NCBI GenBank assembly: GCA_015680685.1
Contig: MNCI01002737.1
Span: 66,078-130,077, forward strand
Direction of reading: 5' to 3'
Origin: Gnetum montanum
Taxonomy: Eukaryota > Plantae > Gnetophyta
Length of the DNA stretch: 64,000 nt
Shown here: in pieces, positions 53,725-64,000 of the stretch
Position numbering within the stretch: position 1 is the first letter of the stretch
Layout of the letters: every line of letters starts with the position of its first letter
Position numbers and translations under genes: made by a program
The notes under the pieces: generated by a model
Seen by the model: the letters and a program-made list of their open reading frames with translations, nothing else
Told to the model about the DNA's origin: nothing
The model's database searches: none

Positions 53725-53991
53725 TAGTTTTAGGCCATTTTGGGCCATGGCTAGTTTTAGGCCATTTCGGGCCATTGCTAGTTTTAGGCCATTTCGGGCC
53801 ATGGCTAGTTTTACGCCATTTTGAGCCATGCCTAGTCTTAGGGCATTTCGAGCCATGCATAGCTCTAAGCCATTTCGGGCCATTGCTAGTTTTAGGCCAT
53901 TTCGGGCCATTGCTAGTTTTAGGCCGTTTTGGGCCATGGCTAGTTTTAGGCCATTTCGGGCCATGGCTAGTTTTAGGCCATTTTGGGCCAT
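53725..53991. repeat. 27-bp tandem repeat (gctagttttaggccatttcgggccatg), about 10 copies
   Basis: Read directly; it produces the spurious ORFs 53712..54023 and 53719..54048. Confidence 0.95.
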
Positions 53992-54120
53992 GGGGTAAAC
54001 AGAAGGTGCGTCAATGGTTTTAGAAAAGTAAATTAGTGTGCCTAGCATAGATGGATGAATGTGAAGTGAATGAGCGATGAATGTACAACAAATGTTAACT
54101 AGGTAAGAAGCAGTGGGGCT

Positions 54121-55130
54121 GCTACACTATGCGTAACTGCTTCTTAACCCATCGCAGGTTTGGTGAGGTGTAGGCCGAGACGCTTTGCCAGGGCATTTAT
54201 CTACATCGTCATCCTTCACTTGGAAGGGAAACTTGGCCCATGCATCTTTGTTTTGTGAGTTGACATGCTGGGCCGGCTTTTTCGCTAAACCATTTGTATC
54301 TACAAAGATAGGCATCTCGTTCTTGGGGGTTATGACCTCCGAGCCTTGTTCCATATCTACATTATTGATTGCTTGCATTGCCACCTCGTCACTGTGGATT
54401 ACCACCTCCCTGCCTACATAGGGTAGGTTGATCTCCTGATGTATGGGCAAAGAGACGGTCCTAAGTTGTGCTAACCATGACCTCCCCAAGATCAGGTTAA
54501 ACTCGAGCATCTCTTCCACCATGATAAATGGTGCATTCGTGGGGAACTAGTCCCCTACCACAAAGTCAATGTGGACCATGCCTTTCACCACAACCCATGC
54601 CCCATTGAACAAATTTAAGAATGACGTTGTCGTGGGTCTGATCTGGTCAACCAAACCCAGCTTATCCACTATAGGGAATGCAATGACATTTGTAGCAGCA
54701 CCATCATCAACGTGTACCCTTCGGATCTTATGTTGGCCAACCTAAATTGTGATGAAAAGAGGCACTATAGTCACCTGACCCTTCTCAGGGTCTTCCTTAA
54801 TGGAATCTTCACAAAAAGTTAGTTGGGATGGCTTTGGTTGTGCAGGCACAGAAGGAAGCATAATTGAGTGGATTGCTTTTTCTTTTGTTGGCATGTTCTT
54901 GTCAACTAGAATTGCCATTAACATATGAACCAAAGCCTTACGATGTGTAGCCAAAGTCATAATCAGGTCATATAGGCCCAAAGTTATTTTTTTGTTTTAG
55001 AGCCTACTTGACTTGGGTGAGAGCGCTTAACAAGTTAGGGCCACCTTCTGTTTACTACCTTTTTCCTCTTCCATTCATCCTAGGAGAAGAATTTCCCAAG
55101 GAGGGATAGTTTCGGGTTTGGGATCAGATC
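54121..55130 (-). pseudogene. Protease region of element A (gag missing)
   Basis: IRRVHVDDGAATNVI catalytic motif and FNLILGRSWL; homologous to 60100-61050. Confidence 0.85.
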
Positions 55131-55329
55131 ATTTCAGGCGAGGTGGCGATAACCGTGCATGTGTAGCAACGATATCTTTCGACAATGAGGACGTAGATGC
55201 AGAGGACGAGGACGCGCGTGATGTAGGATAGGGCTCTGCAAAGGCAACTTCAAGGTGAACACAAAGTGTAACGGTCCAGGTGGGGTGACTATGAGGGTCA
55301 TGGCTATCACACTAGAGTACATTCCTGAG

Positions 55330-55680
55330 GGCATAATAAATAAGTTAGAAAAATTTTGATTTTCTAGAGTCACGCTCTATAGGCAACGTAGTTAATGGGT
55401 TATGCTTTGTAATGAGCATATCTTACAGTTTGAAAATTTTTTTATAATTAGAAATTTTTGCAGTCATTATGCTCTATGGAGAGCATAGCCAACACTTTGA
55501 AAATTTTTGCAGTGATTACACATGGAAAGGAGCATAGTCAACATTTAGAATTTTTTCTTTTGGCAATTGCGAGGGTTACACTATGCAGGGAGCATAATTG
55601 ACAGTTAGAAAAAAATTTGTAATTTTGAAAGTTACGCTCTATGGGAAGCGTAACCAACAGTTAGTGAATTTTTTGATACT
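55330..55680. repeat. Degenerate ~48-bp tandem array with internal palindrome tacgctct..gagcgta
   Basis: About 7 units of ttacgctctatgggagcgtagtcaacagttagaaaaatttt. Confidence 0.75.
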
Positions 55681-55719
55681 TTCAAAGTTATAATGTTTGT
55701 AAATATGCAACGTAGATGT

Positions 55720-58700
55720 TAGTGTTGTGCCCCATTGGGGACTAGGCATGTTAGATGGGTACACCAACATCCCTTTCCCATAGGGCTTGGCAGGTAAGTT
55801 AAGATTTTTGCTAATATGTTAAGTCTAATTTTTATGCATGTTTTCATTTTTTTTATATCCAATGCTAACATTCTCTTCTTGTCACTGCTGCTATGACATC
55901 ACAAGGTATTGTTAAAACTCATTCTTCTCGTAGTTAAGCAAGTGGTTATCTTATGTTGCATGAGTGAGCTTGTACCAAACATACCTATACCAAACACACA
56001 CATAGGTCACTAGGTGGTATGGTTCAGGTTGGGAGCACAAGAATTTCTAGAATTTTTGCTCTGCCACTTCAATGTGATGATATGGTCACACTTGGTAGTC
56101 AAAGCCACGGGCATCATTACAAAAACATTGTTGCCTAGGATGAACTGAGGCATCCTAAGATTCATATCTGATTAGCCTACTAGCAAAAAAAGAGTAAGGA
56201 GTTCGAGTCAAGGCTACAAGGGCCTTAGGCCATTGTTTAGGGTCTAGGAGATGCCAAAATTTTAGTGCTACAACAAGAACAACACTTTATTTGTTGCCCG
56301 ATGCATACACACTCTTTTCCAGAACTCACCTAGGATGGTGTATTATGCTAGAAGGTGAGTCCTCTTACGATTTCTTGTACTATCTATTAGATTATGATTT
56401 AAGATGCTAACCGCTCATGTCCATTTCTAGGTTTACCATTGACACAGATGACCTCCATGATGAAGAGGGGGCGTTGAATTTAACTCTCACTACCCTATAG
56501 GAATTCTCATCTTTTGAGAATGTTCGTGTAGCAATGATTGGGTAGATTGGGATAGACCTAGTGGAACTCCCTCACCAATATTCTAAGTCTTATGAGAATT
56601 GTCGAGCTCTCAATTGGTTGGATCCTGAGTGGACAACTGGCATACCGAGCATGAAGGAAGTTTCAACTGCCATCCTGCATACCATTTGTGCCACGTGAGT
56701 CATGTGCCACTCATTTTTATTTGCTTTATACATCATTTATCTCATGTTGCTAATTTTACCTTCACTTATTACAGTTGTGATTAAGTCAGGCGAAATCATG
56801 GTGGTTGCCACAGGTCACACTAATGCCACCTTCATCATGAAATAGGGTGAAGCTGAAAGTTCACAATGCTGGTTGTGCTATGAGGCCCCAGTGGAGATAA
56901 CAAGGAATCTTTAGCAGGCTGGGCTCATGGACCTTTTCTTGGCTGTTAGCCCAAGTATCCAAGTGGCTGAGATGATTACCATAATTGACTCCTTTACTAA
57001 GAGCGCCAATTGCTTCAGCACATGGGCTTGTGATGTGTGGATGACCTTTGGAATTACAGATGAATTCTTTGCAAACCTTTTCGGCATTCCCTCTAAAAGC
57101 CTACTAGTAGCAGAAAAAATTGACAAAGACTTAGACCACAGAGGGGACATTGAGAAGTGGTTGGACACTTCTAAGGTCTGCAAAGGAATTCTAGTTAAGG
57201 ACATGACGGTACCTGTGGTCCACTACCTTTACCCAATCTTCTGTGCTCATGCATTCCTAAAGCTACTTTCCCAAGGAAAGATTTTTGGGGTTGAGCAAGC
57301 TTGGATGATGAGGTATGTAATATAGGAGGGGATGTAGTACAACTGGGCCTCTCACCTTGCTAACAACGTATGTGCTGAAATTGTTAGGTTGCACCACAAC
57401 CTCTAAGCAAGATCGCATGTGCACTTCACATTCTTCATAGCATGCCTACGAAGATTTGTAGAGTTTTTGATGGTTTGTGAGGAAGGGTGGTGAATCATGC
57501 AAGATCGGAGGCAAATCTATAGGCCATGGATCCATCACCTATTTAACACCACGCAATCACAAGATCCTCCGAAGGTAATTGGCGAGTCGTTTTCGATAAC
57601 GACTAAAGGCAATGTGGGACGATCCTACCGCACATGTGATAGTGCTAAGGAGGCCCCACTGGGCAACATCGAAAATGTAGCGAGAGGGGCATGACTCATT
57701 GCTGAGGCAGTGGGATCATCTAGAATAAAGATTAAGAAACCATGCCCCATGGAGGAGCCTGCATGCGAAATAGAGGAGGATGGCAAAAAACTCTGGTTTA
57801 AGCTTCATGATGTGTGCTCAGGAATTACAAGTAAAGTATGCATTATTGGATACTGATGTGATGTGTCCTACTGTATTATACACATTATTGACAATTCTAA
57901 ATCTCACTTGTGTGACGTAGGCAAGAGGACTCTTGTAGCGATAGCAGAGCCCGTAGAGGATGATGTCCCTCAACCTGAAGGACAAATGGTAGATGAAGAG
58001 GAATGAGAAGCTATTGAAGTGCTAAGGCAACTCAAGAAGGAAGGATTACAGTTCAAAGGGGATGAGTTTGAAAATTTCTTTGATAGCGTGGAGATGGACA
58101 ATCCCCCTGCTCTCACACCTAAGGGCTTGCTGGGTATGAGCTTTGCATTGTCATCTTTTTTTTGTATTATTTTTGTATTTATTATTATTATTATTGTTTT
58201 CCTTTTTCATTTTATTTTTTAACTCTTGCACCCTTGACTGTTGATTATCTGATAATCACTAAGTATGTTATGTTGCAGCCGTCGATGTTTCTACTAAATG
58301 CCCAACATCCACATCCACCTTCCATATGCAACCATGGATGGAGGCTCTAGATAAGTTTGCCTTCATACAAGGCTTCGTGGATGACATGATAGATCGTATT
58401 TAACAAATGAACCTTAAGATTAGTGTGTCTATTTTTATTATATTTTTTTCTACTAATTTACTTGCTTGGTTCATGGCTAACGTTGTCTTGCCTATTATGT
58501 GGTGACAGGTTCACATCTTAAGTGGGACCCAAATAGGGTAGTCCAGGTTGATGCTGTGCTTGAGTTTCCCTCTGAGGTGGAGCAAGTGCCTTACCACATT
58601 TATGACGAGGCAAGAAAATGCACATTGTACTTCGCGAGAGCATTGTGGAAGTGCAGGCACGTTAACAAGCATCTATGGAAATAGGTGTCAGAGCTTTAGG

Positions 58701-59489
58701 AGAAGGGGGTAGGCCAAGATGCAAAATTGGAGGACTTGTAGTCCCATTATGACTTCCTGGAAGCACATGACAAACTAGACGATAGCCGACGCACTACTGA
58801 AATTAATTCTACTAGGTATTGGTCAGCTGTTTGAGGCAAGAACGAAGCTACCCATGAGGTGATTGAGCAACGATTATAGATGGACCTACTAGCAAGGAAG
58901 AATCAAGACTAGAAGGATTACAATGTGAAAGTGTACCAATGGGGCTAGACTCAAAAGAATCACAAGCACACTACAAGTAAGAACACGAGACATACTGTAA
59001 AAAGTACAAAGATGAGTCCATGGAGCATCACTATTGAGAGATATTTCTTGATGCAATCAACACAACATAGGCTTATGAACTATTCACCAACAACATAGTG
59101 GTGAGTGGAACCCTAGAGAGACACATTGTTGTACCTTCAAGAGAGGCCACTTCTACTAGGTTTTCACTGAGGCTGCCCTCATGGATAGCTATAGAGAAAG
59201 GAAAAACCTTCGCAGGTATTAACCTTGGTAAGGAGGACTAGACACGGTTATTAGAGGACGAAATCCTCCGATGCTTGAAGGTAGGCCTCAACAAGATGTC
59301 CCTAGACATGGATGTAGGTCCTTCTCAAGTTGGTGTAGTTTGCTTTTGTTTTTATTTACTTTATTATAATGTTGCATGTCATCTTATTTGTTGGCTAATT
59401 AATTATTTTATTTTCAATTAATGCAGGTTCCAAGTAATGGTGTAGGACCCAATGGAGCAGCAGATGAAGAGGAAGAGGAAGAACCTTAG
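55720..59489 (+). pseudogene. Antisense multi-exon accessory gene 2 (diverged paralog of 48848..53550, 5' end disrupted)
   Basis: Exons ~55915-56354, 56431-56694, 56775-57830, ~57921-58133, 58279-58422, 58509-59327 and 59427-59489. Peptides are collinear with gene 1, e.g. FANLFGIP / FADLFGVP and HAFLKLLSQGKIFGVEQA / HAFPQLLSQGKIIGIEQA. Confidence 0.8.
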
Positions 59490-59719
59490 CCTCCACTACA
59501 CACTACAGGCTGAAATGCCCAAAACATAGGCCTACTATTGGGCAATTTTATACTTTTGGAGATTTTATGTCCAAGATGTAAACTTGAACTATATATCTTA
59601 TTAATAATTTAATGGAAATGTGACGATTATTTGCTTGTCATTTTGATGTACTTTATGTAATGTTGTTGTAATTTTAACTTGCGATTTGATTGATGTAATT
59701 AGGCCCCTTGTGGGCCCCA

Positions 59720-59940
59720 TGCTAGTTTAAAGCCATGGCAAAAGGGCATCACTAGTTTAAGGTCATTTTGGGTTATCGCTAGTTTAAAGCCATTTTGAGC
59801 AATCACATAGAGAGAAATTTGGTTGCCAATTTTAGGCTTTAGCGGGACGTGCGATAATTTAAGGCCTTTTTGAGCTGCAGCATAAAAAAAGAGCAAGTTT
59901 CCAATTTTAGGCCTTAGCGAGCCATGCGATAGTTTAAGGC
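59720..59940. repeat. Degenerate ctagtttaaggcc array downstream of protease B
   Basis: Positional equivalent of the array at 53725..53991. Confidence 0.7.
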
Positions 59941-60093
59941 CTTTTTAGGCTTTTTTTTCAAAAAGGTTGAATAAAACTGCATGAACCAAAGAAATGAAAT
60001 AACTAATGCAAGATGTAAATAACAATGCAATCGTAACTGTACAAGCGAAGAACAAAGGGTAAGTGAAACATGCAGGCAAACTAAGGGCATGCC

Positions 60094-63000
60094 TTAGTCA
60101 TGTAAGTGTTTTCTAACCTGATGCGGCTTGGGAGGTGCATAAGGCCTAGGAGGCACAAGATAGTATTCGCCTAGACCTTCGTCTATTGCACAAAAAGGTA
60201 ATTCTACCTAGAAAGCTTCCTCAAGGAGGTCACTCACTTTGCTTGGTTGTTTAGGATTAGCTAGACAACACTAACTTTCACCCTAAACAGGCAATGTGTC
60301 TTTAGAGAACTCTACCTTTGATCCTTGTTCTATATCTACGTTGTTGATGGTCAGGGGGGTACATTGTCACCATAGATCACCACCTCTCCATCCTCATAGG
60401 GCAAGTGGATCTCTTGGTGAATAGGTGAAGAAATGACTCGTAGCTAGGCTAGCCACAACCTCCCTAGGATTAGGTTGAATCTAGACATTTCTTCAACTAC
60501 AATGAATTCAACATTAGTGGGGAATTACTCCCCTACCATGAAAGCTATCATGATCATTCCTTTTACAACAACATGTGCTCCATTGAAGGATTTCAAGCAT
60601 GTTGTTTTTGTCAACTTGATCTGATCAACCAAGCCAAGCTTGTCAAAGATGGAGAATGGGATGACATTAGTTGTCACTCCTCATCAACGTGTACCCTACG
60701 AATTTTATATTAGCCTACATGAATTATTATAAACATGGGTGCACTGGTTACCTGATCCTTTTCAAGGTCAACCTTGACTACCTCATCACAAAATGTTAAG
60801 GGTGTTGACCTTGACTCTTGGCTTGTGGGGGGAAGCATTATAGCATGAATGGCCTTTTCGTCTACTAGAAAATCTTCCTTAACAAGAATAGATGTTGCCT
60901 CGCGATGAGTACAAGAGGGCATTATTAAATCATACAAGCTCAACGTTGTGTTCTTTTATTTGAGGGTCTATTTAACTTGTGCTAGTGCATCCAAAAAATA
61001 TTTCCCGCTATTAATTGTTTTGGTGGCTTTTACCTCCTCCATGTGACCCAAGAGATGAATCTCCTTAGGAGGGGATTTAGCCTTTGGTTATGCAGAGAGC
61101 TTCTGAGCCTCAATGCCTATCTGTCAGTTGTTTGTACATGCATTAGTAGTCTGAGATGGTGAGGCCATCGAGATGGCTAACAACAAGATGGGCTTAGGAG
61201 GACCTAACTCCATGCATTTCATGATCATTTTGTCAACAAGACGCTCATTAGGTCTCTTAGGGTATGACCTTGGGTGGGCAGGATGTGACATAGTTTCCAC
61301 CACTAAACCCTGAGTAGGTAGGGGATCCACAAGTCTTGGCACCCTAATGACAAAAGGTGTTTCATGGCCGCTCGAGGTGGCACTTTGATGACAAAAGAGA
61401 TTTGTGGTCTAGTCGACGCTAAGGCCCCAACGTCACCAGAGGGCACACAAACCATAAATGGTTCATGTGCTAGTTTTGCATTGTCATCAATGCTGATAAC
61501 ATTGATGATGTAATCTACACTACTAGCATTGAGGGGATCCTTGTAGACTTTCATTGACTAGTTTTCCTTGATCAATCATGCGTTGAATATTATCTTTTAA
61601 TGCCAAATAGTAGTTTGTTTCATGGCCATGCAACTAATGATAGTTGCAGAAATTGGTCCAATCTAAAGTTTTTAGGGACTAGGGGCTTATTTGACATAGC
61701 TGCAAAGGATTTTTTGAGGACCTCATAGTACCTCTCATGGCATTTTCGTGCATCCTCAAACATTTGTTTGTGTAAGATGCACCCAACACTATGAAACTAA
61801 TCCAAGAGCTCAGATAGCTTAAGGGGAAAGGGGGTGTACTTTGAGCATTCCTTGCACTCAAAGTTTGATTGTTAGGGAGCTTTCCTAGTAGCCACTGATG
61901 ATGTGGGCTAGTTGGTTACCGTAGTGCCAGAACCTGATGCCTTATTGTTGTTGGCTAGGACTTTAGGCACCTTAGCCATTGGCTGAGTGTTATTGGATCT
62001 AGCTTCTTCAGCCACAGCTGCAACGATTATTGTTGTCTTTCCTTTTTCCTTGTCCTTTTTCATATGCACATTTTTATAGGCCACATAGGTTGGATCCTTA
62101 CTGGCTTCCGCCGCATCTTGTATGCTCTTCATTTGAGCAAAAGCTTGGCTAAGAGAGTGTGAGGCTAAATAGTACAGTTTTGATTTAATAAAGTCATTTA
62201 CTGCACCCTTAAAGATAGCTAGAATGTGAGTTTCTGCTATTAGCTCATGAATTTCATTAAGGGAAGCGCTTCAACATTGTATGAATTTTTGTACTAACTC
62301 TAGCACTCCTTGCTTGATGTTCATTAGTTGGTCTAGGGTGGCCTCGAGCTTCAAGTTGTATTTGAAGCGAGTTACAAATTGGTTGAGAAACTCCTCCAAA
62401 GTTGACATAGAAGCTCTAGGGAGTGCATGATACCAATCGAGAGTCTTGCTGATTAGGGACATGGAAAAGACGCAGATGATTGTGTGTGGCCATACTTGCA
62501 AAAGTAGGCATTCAGAACGAAAAGTTACAAGGTAGGCGTTGGGGTATCCCTCACCATTGTACTTTGTAAATTGAGGAAGTTGGACCCCATGGAGCAGAGT
62601 TAGCGATGGGACCATAGGACTAATGGGATCATCTTGATAGAAGTCCATCACATGGACCATTTCTAAGTTGGTCACTTTAAGCTGCCTAACCTCCTCCATG
62701 AGAGTTTGAATGAGGTGGAACGCTTGGTCCAAACTCGAGGACATCGTATCAGGTTGCACTGGTTGCGCTGCTTGTGGTGTCGTCTGAATAACCCATAGCC
62801 CTGTTATGGGCTATGCCATCACATGGGACGCTTGTTAAGGTTGTTGTTGCATGTATTGGGGAATGTGCAACAATTGTACCATAGGCACAGAGGTCACAGC
62901 CCACCACGTAGTTGTGGCTTGGGCTATTGTTGGAGGTGCTACTAAGATGGTTGGGATGAAGGACACCTAACTTGTTTATGGCTAAGATATAGGCATCGCG

Positions 63001-63270
63001 TGCACATACAACTGAGTCAGCATCATAGATGTTGGCAGGGAAGGCTGCATAGACTGGGAGGAGATGACAAAGGGGCAAGTGGTAGAAGGTCTTGCACTTT
63101 GTTGTGCATGTAGTACTTGGTGGCTAGCTACCACAAGCATGGACTTAGGTGGCAAAAGTGACACTGCTACCTCAAAGAAAGCAAATGATTGTGACAAAGG
63201 CATAAAATGGGACACTGCTCTCTAAACGAGACTCAAACTCCTCTTGCCCATCTAGCAAGGGCTTGTCATA
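60094..63270 (-). pseudogene. Degenerate gag-protease of an Ogre/Tat-like element, probably the 5' part of element B
   Basis: Gag: LPQFTKYNGEGYPNAYL..F..SL...LDWYHALP..S. Ogre-type knuckle FCNYH*LHGHET..LALKDNIQ. Protease IRRVHVD.GVTTNVI and FNLILGRLWL. Confidence 0.88.
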
Positions 63271-63301
63271 GTTTGATGTTGCATCTTGTTCTTTCGGCCC
63301 A

Positions 63302-63461
63302 CTTACCCTAATGAGTTGGTCTAGCAACCACTTAAAGGTGTCGGTGAGCGAGATGAATGCATCAAGGGTAGGAAGGAACTCCTTACCCTAATGAGTTGGT
63401 CTAGTAGCCACCTAAAGGTGTCAATGAGCAGGATGAACACATCAAGGGTAGGAAGGAACTC
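63302..63461. repeat. 80-bp tandem duplication, each unit an imperfect hairpin
   Basis: Units 63302..63381 and 63382..63461; arms cttaccctaatg / catcaagggtagg. Confidence 0.9.
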
Positions 63462-64000
63462 CTTCCCATATCGGTGAATGATTTCAAAGCTTCGCTTTGC
63501 TTTTATTTCTTGGCGATTTAAGGACAGGACCTACTGAAGCTTTGCACAAAGGAAGTTATATCTTTCGTTGTCCAACGCTCTGTATTCTAACGATCAGTTA
63601 CACAATATGAGTGACTACCATTGTGGTTGTACAAGACTAAGCGCTTGTTTAATGTCTACCACCTATTGAATGGGATGAACTACCTCCATGCTCAAAGCAG
63701 AGATTGAAGTGTTCACAGGATTCATGTTGTTGTTTAGGAAAACATAAGAAAATAAAGCGTTGATAGAAAATGCTTAAATGTAGAAAACGTTGAAAAAAAG
63801 GCTAAGTATGCAAACTGTGAAAATGGGCCAAAAAATGACCAACTCTAGAAATGCTGTCAAAAAGTGACTAACTCTGGCATTACGCTCGTTACACTCTGAG
63901 GGATTATCACATTTTGAGGGGTTGTCACGCTCTCCAGAGTGCTCAAAGCTTGACATGACAGGCGTAGTTGGGCTTTTCGTCCTACAGGGTTCTAAGGGAA

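Larger units (their letters stand above)
40795..55130 (-). mobile_element. Ogre/Tat-like Ty3 element A, 5'-truncated and inserted into the integrase of element B
   Basis: 3' LTR 40795..42687 (TGAAAC...GCTACA) preceded by PPT aaagagaagctaa. Domain order is RT-RH-aRH-INT; the protease is ~6 kb upstream of RT. Confidence 0.85.

Noticed and set aside
53712-54048. Repetitive ORFs (LVLGHFGPW)n / (LKLAMARNG)n
   Set aside because: They are artefacts of a stop-free 27-bp tandem repeat.
63302-63461. Possible hammerhead ribozyme (ctaatgag...gaa)
   Set aside because: The core is CTAATGA rather than CTGATGA in both copies, and there is no GAAA or NUH adjacent to stem I. A simple hairpin fits better.

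Overview
This is AT-rich land-plant nuclear DNA; RTEX-like LINEs and a conifer/fern-style TNL hint at a non-flowering vascular plant, but the species cannot be fixed from sequence. Positions 1-11262 hold an apparently intact minus-strand TIR-NB-ARC-LRR immune receptor gene with 5 exons visible and an open frame running off the left edge. Its introns carry RTE, RTEX-like and L1 LINE relics and an Au-like SINE. The rest of the window is nested, deamination-decayed LTR retrotransposons: a non-coding LTR element in the TNL promoter, Athila-type elements (one gag+protease-only with a perfect TSD) and two Ogre/Tat-type Ty3 elements, one inserted in the other. The main discovery is that both Ogre-like elements carry, downstream of their protease (between protease and RT in the copy that keeps pol), a ~4-5 kb ANTISENSE multi-intron gene. 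Its reconstructed protein is an FCP1/SCP/NIF-type (HAD-fold CTD phosphatase-like) domain with its catalytic aspartates replaced, fused to a PMD/Transposase_32-like domain, an acidic tract and a coiled coil. Intron positions are conserved between the two diverged copies, and the region is bracketed by arrays of a shared CTAGTTT(A/T)AGG motif. This is a candidate retrotransposon-encoded pseudophosphatase, possibly an anti-silencing system. All domain calls are by-eye motif recognition; no database searches were run.
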